The notes beneath the pieces were generated by a model. That model did no database searches. It was given only the letters and a program-made list of their open reading frames with translations, and was not told where the DNA came from. From positions 81,468,001 through 81,532,000 of the forward strand of contig OX597824.1 in NCBI GenBank assembly GCA_951406725.2: DNA of 64,000 nt, in the 5' to 3' direction. The stretch comes from Octopus vulgaris (taxonomy: Eukaryota). Both the position numbers and the translations under genes were made by a program. Below are positions 12,634 through 26,304 of this stretch, piece by piece; position 1 is the first letter of the stretch, and the number at the start of each line of letters is the position of its first letter.

Positions 12634-12980
12634 CTCCAAAGATTTGTCGCACGTCTTACTACCATGTAACAGCTATTTGCGATAAAGGACCCGAAATAGT
12701 TGTTAAGTTGTAGCAGGGCGTGCAACAAAATAGCAGCTAAATCTTTCCTTTTCTGGGGAAATGAGCCGTTTACGCGTAATTTCGATGTTACATTCGTTGA
12801 AAGCATGCAAAATAACCTGCAAGAGTAAAAACAAAACACGAAATAAAATTCCGTTGGTGTGGAAAGTTAGAGTTTCCCGGGAAACACCTAGGTCTGCACA
12901 ACCCCTTCCCTCTTTCTTTTCCGGAAGAAAGTGGGTTTCCACTGGGTTTGGAGTGAATTATGTTGAATGCACACGAAAAG
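12634..12980 (-). other. Candidate first exon/promoter region of an unidentified minus-strand transcript
   Basis: Non-repetitive island ending in a consensus donor GAG|GTGAGT at 12634/12633; acceptor atttcag|G at 12500/12499. Confidence 0.3.
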
Positions 12981-13033
12981 AGCTTGTGGAAAAAATGATT
13001 TCATACCAAAGAACGAAGAGTTAAAGAGTATAC

Positions 13034-13106
<73 letters not shown>

Positions 13107-14045
13107 CGTGTGTGTGTGTGCGATGTACGTGCATTTTATTTGAGATACATATATATTTTTATATACGCATTTACATCTATATAAGAATATGCACGTAGGC
13201 GTGCATGTTCTTATTTGAATATGCCTACATATTTATGAATGATATGCTTAGACGCTTCTATGCATATCCATTATATATATTATACGTTCCAAGATTAGAT
13301 CTATATACATAAACATAAACATGCATATACATACATATGTATATACGTATATATATATATAAGCATATATATGTCTATGTATATGTGTGTGTTTTGTATG
13401 TCTATCCATGTACATTGGTATATATGTATAAACACAAACATGCACACACACACACACAGACACACACATACACACACACACACACACACCCATATATATA
13501 TATAAATGTTTGTCCGTTTACTTGTGTGCGTGTGTCTGTGTGTGCAAGCACGCATATCATTCAGTATGTTATTCCATCTTCAATTTCTACACGGTTACAA
13601 AGAGTAGATCTCTCTTATAGTTATTATATATGTCTTCGCTGTTTAATTGCCGTATGTATTCCCTCGAGCGTATGTCAATGAACATTATATAACGAAATAG
13701 ACAAAAACGTCTCAGGTGTTGCTAGGTAAATATTAGGTTGCTCACCTTCATTATGTAGATATATTTCCATATAAAGTTATTTGGTAATTTCTATTTTAAA
13801 AAATGATGAGTCGACGAAAATTACTGTTTATTGTATGTATACAAAGATATTCAAACACATGCAGAATACATACACAAATGGAAACACACGTATATACACT
13901 GATACACGTATGGGTATATAATTATATGCATGTATATATATATATGTATATATGTATATATATATTTATATACATACACATATTTTGACACACACACACA
14001 TATATATAAATATATATATATACATATATGTATATTCATACATAC

Positions 14046-14130
<85 letters not shown>

Positions 14131-14132
<2 letters not shown>

Positions 14133-14338
14133 AAAAAAAATAATGTACTCAAAAATTTGGATGGTTGTACATTTACAGATTTCTATTAACATGTGAGATG
14201 TTTTTTATTAATCATCTACAGTAGTAAGTTCTTCAGATTAGAGTAGATGCAAGCGTTAATATATGATTTATAAAAACATATGACATATTAATAAAAATCT
14301 GTACAACCATCCAGATTTCTGAGTACCTTATTTTTTCT
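14131..14338. repeat. Degenerate fold-back between (TA)n tracts
   Basis: gtactcaaaaatttggatggttgtaca ... tgtacaaccatccagatttctgagtac. Confidence 0.75.
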
Positions 14339-14370
14339 AATATATAATACCTGTAGATCACCTCCAAACC

Positions 14371-14408
<38 letters not shown>

Positions 14409-14415
14409 TATATAG

Positions 14416-14499
<84 letters not shown>

Positions 14500-14856
14500 T
14501 AGCGATTTGTATTTGTAATTGCATACTATGTCCTCCCATTTTTTTTGTCTTTGTTGCCGTACACATTCACTAGCTTTCTTACTAAAAATCTAATGCTCTT
14601 CGCTAAGACTTTTTTTCGCGGCAACCAGATCGAACTGTCTGAAGTGCAACTGCTCGAAACAGTAAGGACTTCTGCTATACTTGATTGAAAAAAGAAGTCC
14701 ACGAATGACCCGTCTTTTTCCCCTGTTCTTCGACAAAAGGCGGAGCTCCAGCATGGCCACTGTCAAGTGACTGAAACAAGTAAAAGAATTTTTAAAAATA
14801 GATACATATATGGATTGTGAATGACTCACATGTCATCGTACCTAAATATGAGTGTG

Positions 14857-14891
<35 letters not shown>

Positions 14892-15167
14892 CACGTGCCT
14901 GTGTGAATGTGTTGGTTGTTGTGCGTGACTGGGCATGCGTACGTGTGAGTGCATGTGTGTGTGTGTGTATGTGTGTGAGTTTGCATGCAAATTATAAAAG
15001 TCCTTGTTGTCCTTCTTACTGCATATGCAATTATCCGCACCGTAGGTGCAGTGATGTCGTCTATATGTACATATATGCATTTGTTTGAAGAAATTAAAAT
15101 ACACGCTCTCAGACTTATGTGTTTATTATTACAAATGTATATATGTGTGTGTGTGTGTTTATATAGA

Positions 15168-15235
<68 letters not shown>

Positions 15236-15461
15236 TCACACATATTCACAAATACGCATTCATAGATATCTACGTAGATAATTACAAACATACATACTAA
15301 ATTGTAGATATGATCTTCTAACAAGTAAATATGCAAAATATCTATATATCTACAATATTATATACATATATACATGCGTATATATATATATATATATATA
15401 CACGTGTGTGTGTATAAATATATATTTATATATATATCTACACACACACATATATATACTT

Positions 15462-15520
<59 letters not shown>

Positions 15521-15904
15521 TATTTATATTTGCATATATCTATATTGACGACTGCACATCACCAATGCATATGCATATGACATCATTCTGTATTAATATG
15601 TGCAGCAGCTGTAAATGTATTTAACATCTTCATGGGATGCACATTCCTACGACGGTCGCTGACCCAGATAAACAGTAAAGGGTGGGGGGTAGATGTATGC
15701 ATGAAATGCAACTTAGAGGACATGGCATTTACTAGAGATGAATTATGATTAAGAAAATAAGATCTACACACAACATTACGATGATAATTATAATAGCAGT
15801 AATGAGAAATCATAAATAAATAGATCGTAAACAAAGTTTGTTATAATGTATGCGTTATTCTCATATTAACGGCGACAGAATGGCCATGACGCTGTTCATG
15901 AGGG

Positions 15905-15994
<90 letters not shown>

Positions 15995-16020
15995 TACGAC
16001 TTGGACCGCGACAAATAGAA

Positions 16021-16087
<67 letters not shown>

Positions 16088-16127
16088 CATGATAATAATA
16101 ACAATAACAATAATAACAATCCTTTTA

Positions 16128-16336
16128 ACTTGTAGCACAAGGCCTCGAATTTGCGGGGTGTGGAAGGATTAAGTCTATTACATCGACCACAGTACGTAAC
16201 TTGTACTAATTTTATCGACCCCTAAAAGATGAAAGGCAATGTCGACCTCGGCGGAATCGAAATTCAAAATCTAACAGCGGATGATATACCGCTAAGCATT
16301 TCGCCAGGCGTGCTATCGATTATGCCAGCTCACAGC

Positions 16337-16338
<2 letters not shown>
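16128..16338 (-). mobile_element. SINE family C
   Basis: tttatcgacccc.aaaagatgaaaggcaa.gtcgacctcggcggaat..gctaagcatttcgcc.ggcgtgcta. Confidence 0.8.
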
Positions 16339-16379
<41 letters not shown>

Positions 16380-16420
16380 GTAATAGCCAAGACGAAGAAT
16401 GCGAGTCGATTGTCAGATAT

Positions 16421-16471
16421 TTTATTGGTTGAGCGATATTTCAGCGGTAAGTCTGTCTTTGTCAAGTTCAA
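16421..16471 (-). ncRNA. Degenerate minimal hammerhead (U3:A8) followed by AATAAA
   Basis: Minus strand: ttgaac-TTGACAA-agacagacttaccgct-GAAATATC-gctcaa-ccAATAAA; stem I 5/6 bp; stem II eroded. Confidence 0.45.
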
Positions 16472-16804
16472 AATAGGAAGTGATAAAAATTCAAAATTAT
16501 AGAAATTCAAACATAAAGTATGAACGAGAGCAACCAGCGTCCACCCGCTGACGGAATGATATCCTCAGTTTTTAAGTTTCAATTTAATTACAAGCGAAAA
16601 GGACAGAAAAACAAGACGACAGAAAAAAGGAAAGAAAAAGAGCGAAAGAAGAATATTTAATCAAACAGTTTTGTATAAATTTGATGATACTCTCCTGTCA
16701 TCTTATTCATTCCTCCAAGGCGTAATGTTATTAACCAGCAAACATATTTCTCCTCAGACATTGTTTTTTCAACCAATTTTTTCGATGTTTTTATCTATGA
16801 GAGT

Positions 16805-17140
16805 TTGAACATTCCAGTTTCGCAGGAAATGATGGCACAAATAACAACGTTGTATTCACCAGAAACAAACATTATTCTTACAATTCAACAAGTTCATATA
16901 ATTAATTCCCAATTTGGCGCATATGATAGTGGCCTTTTTGCCCTGGCATATGCATTTGAACTGGTCATTGGAAACGCTCCAGAGAAGTTTCTATTTGATC
17001 ATTCAAAAATGCGAGCACATTTAGAAATTTTCCTCGAAAACAATGAATTGGTTTCCTTCCTGAAAGTAAAGGTTTTTCAAACATCTATAAAACCACAGAA
17101 GTCACCTTCTATCACCCATCTAGAATTGGATTACCCCTAG
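16805..17140 (+). pseudogene. Ulp1/SENP-like (C48) cysteine protease remnant
   Basis: QFGAYDSGLFALAYAFELVIGNAPEKFLFDHSKMRAHLEIFLENNELVSF resembles QxxxxDCGLFAIAxA..G.DP...FDQ..MR.HL..C; the catalytic Cys position reads Ser. Confidence 0.6.
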
Positions 17141-17325
17141 AAAGACGACCAAAAATTATAAATTCTCAGATGAACATTCAGAACAAATTTTATCACCCAA
17201 TAGATTCCGTGTTTTAAGTGAAGATTTAAGTGAAGATTTAAGTGAAGATTAAGAAAAGATTTAAGTGAAGTAGTCAGGAATCCAATGAGAAAAAGACTCT
17301 GAAAACCAGTTGCCCGAGAAAAACC

Positions 17326-17742
17326 ATGACACTAGGGAATAAGTCGGTCGTAAATTTATCTAAGCTAAAACCTTCGCCCGTCGGTGTTTCAGTCTTGGAA
17401 CTTGGTCTGAGTTTTTGCCCAAGCACTAAGAATTTCGACAAGAACAAACTAGCTCAAGGGGTGGCTATTTCAGTTTGTCCGGCGTCACAAGCTGAAAGAA
17501 TGTTTTTTTGAAAAAACTGGTATCGAGGAGTTAGAAAACCCTATGTTTACTGAAAATAAAAATGATGATGATCGAATCTGGCATAATTGGATTGAAAAGA
17601 ATTCCAATTGGTATCCAGATAAATTTCGGGATGGACGTTCACAAGCACTACTGGAATTTCGCGAATCGTTTCAGGCAGGTATTCGAGGAAGTCTTAAAAC
17701 AAGTGAAGTAGTCAGTTCTGGAATAACTTCACAAATTCCCAA
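17326..17742 (+). pseudogene. Penelope-like element ORF N-terminus, frameshifted, truncated at (TA)n
   Basis: VVNLSKLKPSPVGVSVLELGLSFCPS, then in a shifted frame FQFVRRHKLKECFF and KNSNWYP; matches the VxNLS..L..GLxFxP..F.R.L.L.E.F motif at PLE ORF starts. Confidence 0.7.
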
Positions 17743-17843
17743 CATTATATATATATATACATATACACACATACATATATATGTGCGTGAGCGGATGTGT
17801 GTATAAGTATGCGCATATGTATGTGTGTATGTATGTAGGAATG

Positions 17844-17876
<33 letters not shown>

Positions 17877-18401
17877 TTGTGTATGTGCTTGCAGATATGG
17901 AGATAATAACTTTAGCAATCTGTCGTTAGTAGTAAACATTAATAAAATACCTTTTAAAAGAAATATTCCAACACCATGGGACAGGATGCAAAATTCATAT
18001 AGAAAAATATGCCATTACACAGAAATATATGCATACGCAGGTATATATAGATATGCGGGCACACACACTTACTGACACATATAACTATATGTACACACAT
18101 ACACCATAGACTCACACATAGTATCAAACCAGTATACCTACACACTGAGAGGATTAAAGTAAATTAAATTGTTTCGACATATATAAACATGAAGACCAGC
18201 ATAAACTCGGTTCAATATAGATGTGAGGCGACACACACGTGCGCGCACTTATGTATAATCATGTCTAAATGTACATGTACATGGGCATATGTGTGTGTGA
18301 GTGTGTGTATGTGTATGCATATATATTCATAAATTTACGTATATACACATATGTATGTATATATATAAATATACATATATGTATAGATATAAATTTTTAT
18401 A

Positions 18402-18473
<72 letters not shown>

Positions 18474-18479
18474 AACATG

Positions 18480-18551
<72 letters not shown>

Positions 18552-18569
18552 GATAGATTGATAGATAGC

Positions 18570-18614
<45 letters not shown>

Positions 18615-18619
18615 TGATT

Positions 18620-18763
<144 letters not shown>

Positions 18764-19132
18764 CGCTCGTATATAAGAATATTAAAAGAATACATTTGTG
18801 GGCACGTGATACCAATAATGAAATCAGGGTCACTTAAATATATATGTTTCTTTGATATCAGTAAAAAACACAGGCAAATAAAATGGAGCTTTTCTCTGCA
18901 CATGCGTACGTCCCTGTCTATGTGCGATTGTGTTTGGATATTTTAGCCTGATTAAATTAAATTTTACTGAATTAAGGAAGAGAATGTAACAACAACACAC
19001 ACATACGCGGATGCTCTCATACAAACACATAAACACAAACACACACACATTTACATCAATATGTATGCGTATGTACATATATATATAAATGCAGCCATTC
19101 ATATATACATATACATGCATATATGTACACAA

Positions 19133-19238
<106 letters not shown>

Positions 19239-19342
19239 CTTATATACATATATAGATATATATATATTATCTATGAAATTTAGATACGTTCACTTATGTA
19301 GATATTTATGCACAAATATGTGTGTGAGTTTGTGTGTGTGTA

Positions 19343-19652
19343 TGGAGGCGCAATGGCCCAGTGGTTAGGGCACCGGACTCGCGGTCGGAGGATCGCGGTT
19401 TCGATTCCCAGACCGGCGTTGTATGTGTTTATTGAGCAAATACACCTAAAAGCTACACGAGACTCCGGCAGGGGCTGGTGGTGACCTCTGTCGTACTCTT
19501 TCGCCACAACACTCTCTCACACTCTCTTCCTGTTTCTTAAGTAACGCTGCGATGGACTGGCGTCCCGTCCAGCTGGGGAGAACACATATGCCACAAAAAC
19601 CGGGAAAACAGGCCCATGAGGCTGGCTAGGCCTGAAAAAGGCGACGTTTATC
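19343..19652 (+). mobile_element. SINE family B, tail type 2 (Meta/V-domain-like)
   Basis: Head ggaggcgcaatggcccagtggttagggc; tail gtaacgctgcgatggactggcgtcccgtccagctgggg..aaaccgggaaa..ggcccatgag. Confidence 0.85.
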
Positions 19653-19798
19653 GTTAAGAGAACTGCCAGCGTTAAAAGTTGTGCGAAAAGTTAGCACCGT
19701 ACTACATCGATCAAAGATAAATTAGAACTAGAATTAGCGGTTAAGCGCGGGCTACTAACCCCAATATTCCGAGTTCTATTCCAAGCAGTGACCTGAAC

Positions 19799-19884
<86 letters not shown>

Positions 19885-19891
19885 CAACAAT

Positions 19892-19922
<31 letters not shown>

Positions 19923-19924
19923 TC

Positions 19925-20112
19925 GAAAAATACATTAGGAATGAGAACCCGGGTTCGAAATTTCCCCAAGACACCTGAAGAAAGCTGGAGGGTATATCAG
20001 CCGAAACGTTGTGTTAACAACAAACAAAATGTGGACAAATATCCGTCGAATGTAAAATAATGTAAATAATGTAAATAATGTACATAATTCCTCATCCCTT
20101 AAATATAGAACT
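19925..20112 (+). mobile_element. Penelope-like pLTR fragment with hammerhead at 19970-20015
   Basis: gacac-CTGAAGA-aagctg..cagcc-GAAAC-GTT-gtgtt; follows an (AAT)n(AAC)n tract; same family as 1263-1432. Confidence 0.8.
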
Positions 20113-20328
20113 ATAAATTAGAACTGTTGAAAAAAATAGAGTGTGGTGCTTCAATACTTAAGCTGGGTGCAATTAATAGGTTACATATATGTTAAATAAT
20201 TAATGTTTCGTAACTACTGATGGTGCGGCAAAACGTTTGATCCATTTGGGATTAGGAAGAAATGATATCGGAAAATCTGTGACGTATACGTGAATATGAT
20301 ATATATATATATATAGGCCACTCCTACG

Positions 20329-20417
<89 letters not shown>

Positions 20418-20418
<1 letters not shown>

Positions 20419-20611
20419 GAGTGGCTGTATGTGTAATGTAGTTTGTGTGTGACCAACCACATGGTTAACGGGGTTCATTACCACTGCGTGGCGCCTTCAG
20501 CAAGCTGTTAGTACAAAGCCTCGGGCCGTCCAAAGCTTTGGGACTGATTTGGCAGACGGAAACTGAAATAAAGGTTCGTCGTATATATGTATATACATAT
20601 AATACATACAT

Positions 20612-20671
<60 letters not shown>

Positions 20672-20893
20672 GTATGTTTATGTATATGCTTGTGTGCCTG
20701 TGTTTGTCCTCCATCTATCATCGCTTGACAACCCCGATGCTGGTGTGTTTACGCCTTCCGTAACTTGGCGGTTCGGAAAAAGAGACCGATAGAATAAGTA
20801 CTAGGCTTACAAAGAATAAATCCTCTGCGATTTGGTCGACGCAAAATATGCTCCAACATGGCCACAGTCAAATGACTGAAACATGTAAAAGAA
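20418..20893 (+). mobile_element. SINE family A, diverged
   Basis: Head, internal (TA)n and tail all recognisable. Confidence 0.85.
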
Positions 20894-20913
20894 TATATAT
20901 ATATATATATATA

Positions 20914-21483
20914 TTTTCTCTAGTTTCAGCTCAGAGCTGCGGCCATGCTGATGCACCGCCGTTTTGTGCTACACTGTTATTGTGATGAACCTCGTCTAAT
21001 ATGTGGCACTTGGTGAAGAATGGAGTTTGATATAGCTACTCTCATTTTCACCTCTTGCCGTGAGGTAGGTTCATCTAGGACTCTCGACAGGAAGATGTCC
21101 AGCTTTGATTTAAAAACCGCTACATCTACTTTGTGCAAGTTCCTCAGATTCTTTGGGAGAATAGTAAAAAGCTATGGGCCCTTGAAACCCAGGCTGTTGC
21201 AGAAGCTGGTCCTGAAGCGTGATGACATTGCTGGGATCTTTGGCACTATGCAGTGTCGTCCCGTTCTAGCATTGGTATAGCTTACAATGCCAAAATTTGG
21301 CACAATTCCTTCCAGAATTTTCCAGACATATATTACTGCATACCTCTCCCGTCTTCTCTCCAGGGAGTAGAGTCTTAACCTTTCCCAGTAGCTGAGCTGC
21401 TGCAAAGAGACGATCTTCTTTGTGAATCTTCTCTGGATTGCTTCAAAGTCCGCTGTTAATTTTACACTAGTGGGTGACCAGAG
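20914..21483 (-). mobile_element. CR1/L2-group LINE 3' end (ORF2 C-terminus and 3' UTR)
   Basis: LWSPTSVKLTADFEAIQRRFTKKIVSLQQLSYWERL..LYSLERRRERYAVIYVWKILEG..LFTILPKNLRN..FKSKLDIFL with an in-frame stop; 3' end ggcggtgcatcagcatggccgcagctctgagctgaaactag. Confidence 0.9.
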
Positions 21484-21489
21484 TTATTG

Positions 21490-22012
21490 TTGTTGAAAAT
21501 ACACATGAATTTGAAAAACTTGTAACTGTTTTTAAATAAATTTATTTGCTGAGACAGCAAACTAGTTTCAGCAAAACTTTTTTCTTTATCAATGATAAAA
21601 TCTTAAAATTGCGAAGTAGAAAAACATGTTTAAAAGTTACAACGTGAACAAAATTCAATAATATCAAATATGATTTAAATGTTCACAACATTCGATGATA
21701 TAAAAAATGCGGATCATCTGGTGATCCACATTTCTTATCGATCACTTCTAACACTATAGAATTTTGTATAGTTAAACAAGACGAGCCAAATTTTTTTTTT
21801 TTTGTATTATTTAATATTGTGAACTTTTAAATCATATTTGATAGTGAATTTTGTAAACATTGAATCTTTTAAACATGTTTTCTGCTTCGCAATTAAATAT
21901 TTTTACCGTTGATAAACAGAAAATATTGTTGAAACAAGGTTCATATGTATGTAGATAAATTTATTTAAAAACAATTGGAAGTTTTTCAAACTGAGGTGTG
22001 TTTTCAACAAAT
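21490..22012. repeat. Old AT-rich fold-back with eroded U3:A8 hammerhead-like motifs
   Basis: About 21490-21700 inverted relative to about 21810-22012; TTGATAA..GAAACtaGTT at about 21557-21594 (-) and TTGATAA..GAAAC at 21909-21941 (+). Confidence 0.6.
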
Positions 22013-22071
22013 TTTTCTGTAATTTTTCTGCGTGGAAAAAGAACCCCTCTTTTGTTACACTTACACAAACA

Positions 22072-22169
<98 letters not shown>

Positions 22170-22391
22170 CTCTTTTACTTGTTTCATTCATTTGACTGTG
22201 GCCATGCTGGAGCACTGCCTGGATATATACATCTGTGCTTTTATAATAAATGAAATCAAGAAGTAAAATCCAAAAATAAAACTTTATTACGTATGGTTAC
22301 AGCCGTTTCACAATTCAGCTTTAGTTATATCATCCACTCTAATTCGTAAGCATATACATATTATATACACTTCACACACACGCATTATATA

Positions 22392-22447
<56 letters not shown>

Positions 22448-22895
22448 TTCGTAAAATTGTATAGTTACACTGGATAGGTCTACTCTTCTGACCCTTTTCT
22501 GGATATGTTGGATTCATCTTTGCATCTCAAAATACACCAGTTTAGAATAGGTGTTAAGAGCATATTCCTATGGATCAAATGTTAGGCAGTTACGAAATCA
22601 ATGGAAAGTCGGTTAAATGGAACGAAGGCTAACAAACAATATATGCTTAAGTTTTGGGGCTACTATTGGCGAAATAAAAAAAAGTTGTACGTCAATTAAA
22701 ATAGGAGTTTTTACGTGATAAAATATGCGGCTGGATGTGCAGTAGTTTTAGGACACAAAGCTCGGAAATCTATTTTACAGAGATTTCACTTTCCAATGCC
22801 TTTTTCTATACGGCATTCAGTACATCACCTTTGAATATGTTCACTTATAGTTGTACCATAGGACCTTTTGGGTTATTTCCCTTAGTTAACTTTAT

Positions 22896-23100
22896 AAGGC
22901 GGCGCGCTGGCAGAGTCGCTAGTACGGCGGACAAAATGTTTGGCGTCTATTTCGTCTGTCCTTTCGTACTGAGGTCACATTGCGCTGATCTCAGATTTTT
23001 CTTTCATCTTTTCGGGGTCGATAAGTTAAGCACTGGGGTCGATGTAATCGACTTCCCGGAAGCTGCAGGCCTTGTTGCCATCATTTGAAATCATTATTAT
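22896..23100 (+). mobile_element. SINE family C, diverged
   Basis: aaggcggcgcgctggcagag..ctttcatcttttcggggtcgataa..ctggggtcgatgtaatcgac. Confidence 0.75.
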
Positions 23101-23104
23101 TCTA

Positions 23105-23339
23105 TTCTTTTTTTATTCTTTTACTTGTTTCAGTAATTTCAGTGAGGCCATGCTGGAGCACCGCCTTTAGTCGAACAAATCGACACCATGACTTATTCTT
23201 TGGAAGCATAATACATATTCTATCGGTCTCTTTTTGCCGAACTGCTAAGTGACGGGGACGTAAACACACCAACATTAGTAGTCAAGCAATAGAGGGGGAC
23301 AAACGAGCAATACGCACAAATGTATGTATATATATATTT

Positions 23340-23374
<35 letters not shown>

Positions 23375-23382
23375 CATTTATA

Positions 23383-23429
<47 letters not shown>

Positions 23430-23644
23430 TTATATATATGTATATATATATATATATACATATGTGTGTGTGTGTGTATTCGGCGGGCTTCTTTCAGTTT
23501 CCATCAACCAAATCCATACACAAGGCTTTGGTCGGCCTGAGACTATAAAAGAAGACACCTGCTCATGGTGCCGCGCAGTGGGGCTGAACCGGTAACCAAG
23601 TGGTTGGAAAGCAAGCTTCTTACCATACAGCCACTCCTGCGCCA
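23105..23644 (-). mobile_element. SINE family A with expanded internal (TA)n
   Basis: Full head-to-tail match. Confidence 0.85.
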
Positions 23645-24784
23645 TTTTGAAATTATTAAAATTATACTAATCCTAAAAGTCTTTTCTTTATATAAAAATT
23701 TCTTATTAAATGATTAAAGTAAGATGATTAATGTAAGACGATTTTCTCTGCAATATTTTGATGACCTCTAATATACCGAGATATTTCTTTAGCGGAAAAT
23801 TGCTGCTATGGAAATATATTACAAGGTGTGTTGGAAGGAATGCCTCGCAGTATTTATTGTGACATTCTGCACTCAGAATTTAAATCGAATTGAGGTCAAA
23901 TTTATCTTTCATCCTTTCAATGAGATTCGATAAAGAAAGGAAAAAAAAAATACTTCCCCATTAGAAGAATATAGATCAAATAGTAAATGTTACTTCCATG
24001 GATTAGTTTTAAAGAACGGGAGAAAATGCAATTATATTGCTAGAATTTTTGAAACAATTTATCATAAATGAGGCCTTTAAAATATTCATGAATTATGAAA
24101 GCCATTTGAAGACATATTTTTCCCGCACTGTGCTAACGATTTCATTGACCTTCTCCAACTAGGAGAAATATTATTAAGGTAAGATATTAGTGGTTACTTG
24201 AATCATGTGAGAAGAATTAACCTAAGGCGACCTTATTAATTTGAATTAACAACGTGCATAAAAAGAAGTAGGGCAATCAAAAAGTCGATGAATATTAAGA
24301 GCAAAGAAAGAAATGAACGCAAGAGATTTCGCTACGGTGTTTCGTGAATGAAGAAAGTTCGAGCAGTTAATGATGTATATTGACCCTAATATCTTACGAA
24401 AAATGGAATGCTGATGGAATTGGACCAACTAACTAGAGCTCTATGCTGCCACACGCTGAGACGTAGAGAGAATATAGAAAAAAAAATAAGAAAAGAGATA
24501 AAAATGAAAGGTACGAATCTGGTGAAATATTATTCGATTAAATTAAATTTTAAGAATATATTGTTTTTTTTTAATGTTTTCTCGTCAGTAAAATCAGAAG
24601 GTACCACACGACAGGATTGATAGTCGCAACAAAGGAATATGAGATGGAGGGATTTGCTCCAGGAAAAAAACCCGCTGCTCGGTCCAGGAAGTGAAACTGC
24701 AATTTTGCAATCGTGAGTGCAACAGCCTGACTACAAGACCATGCGCACTCATATGCACACACACACACACATATATATATATAT

Positions 24785-25190
24785 AGGCGTTGGAGTGGCT
24801 GTGTGGTAAGTAGCTTGCTTACCAACCACATGGTTCTGGGTTCAGTCCCACTGCGTGGCACCTTGGGCAAGTGTCTTCTACTATAGCTTCGGGCCGATCA
24901 AAGCCTTGTGAGTGGATTTGGTAGACGGAAACTGAAAGAAGCCCGTCGTATATATGTATATATATGTATGTGTGTGCATACGTTTGTGTGTTTATGTTTG
25001 TCCACCCAACATCGCTTGACAACCGATGCCTGTGTGTTACGTCCCCGTAACTTAGCGGTTCGGCAAAAGTGACCGATAGAATATGTATTAGGCTCACAAA
25101 GAATAAGTCCTGGGGTCGATTTGCTCGACTAAAGGCGGTGGTCCAGCATGGCCACAGTCAAATGACTGAAACAAGTAAAAGCGTAAAAGA

Positions 25191-25192
<2 letters not shown>
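24785..25192 (+). mobile_element. SINE family A, full length
   Basis: Full head-to-tail match. Confidence 0.9.
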
Positions 25193-25268
<76 letters not shown>

Positions 25269-25367
25269 GAGTAAGCAAATAAATGCGAAACAAGATGGTA
25301 AAAATAGCATTCTGATACCAGAGGTAAAGTAATATGCTTTATTAAAAAGCAGTAAAAATATATCACA

Positions 25368-25413
25368 AAAACTGTTACTAAGAGATTCCCGTTCCCGTTC
25401 GTCGGACAGTTTT
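25368..25413 (-). ncRNA. Degenerate minimal hammerhead (CCGACGA core)
   Basis: Minus strand: aaaactgt-CCGACGA-acg(ggaa)cgg-GAAT-ctcttag-TA-acagtttt; 8-bp stem I intact; GAAA mutated to GAAT. Confidence 0.55.
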
Positions 25414-26104
25414 GTTTAGAATGGAACAAAGATAAGGTTATAGGCAAAAATACACAATTAGTTTGATGGATACACATTTGAAAATGGTTTTGTTTCATTT
25501 GTCCTTTCAACTAATGGTCTTTTGAATGACCGGTTGCATGCAATAACAAATTGCTGTTTAAAATCATCTTATTATAAAAATCGAAGAAATCCTTAAATCA
25601 AAAATAGCTTATGAAGAAGGACAGAGTTTGAATACCCAGGGTAAATAATTGGCTGTTAGTGGCTGTGTGGTAAGTAGCTTGCTTACAAACCACATGGTTC
25701 TGAGTTCACATATATATAGGTGCGGTGTTTGTGTGATTTTGTACAAATGTATTATGAAAATTATATAAAAGTATTCGTTTAAGATTTCTACATCTATATA
25801 AACCTAGACATTATATTGCAATATTTTGAGATAAGCAAAATTCAAACAGACACACATACATACACACACATACATAGACATAGAACATACATATTTGTTC
25901 TGTTACACTTGTTAGGCTACAGTAATTAATTTGGATATTGCTGAGATTGTTGTCAGACTGATGTGAAGCACTACTGTCATATCTATTGTGCAGAAAGAAC
26001 GACAGTGTATTTCTGTATTCATTTCTCTACCTTAATATTCTAATTTTCTGAAACAACACACATACGTGTCTGTGTTTATATGTATGTATGTATGTGTGTA
26101 TATG

Positions 26105-26137
<33 letters not shown>

Positions 26138-26176
26138 AAACAAATACGGATATGTACACACATACATATATATATG

Positions 26177-26224
<48 letters not shown>

Positions 26225-26225
26225 C

Positions 26226-26304
<79 letters not shown>

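Noticed and set aside
14628-14670. ctgtctgaagtgcaactgctcgaaacagta as a hammerhead
   Set aside because: Core spacing does not fit, and stems I and III do not form.
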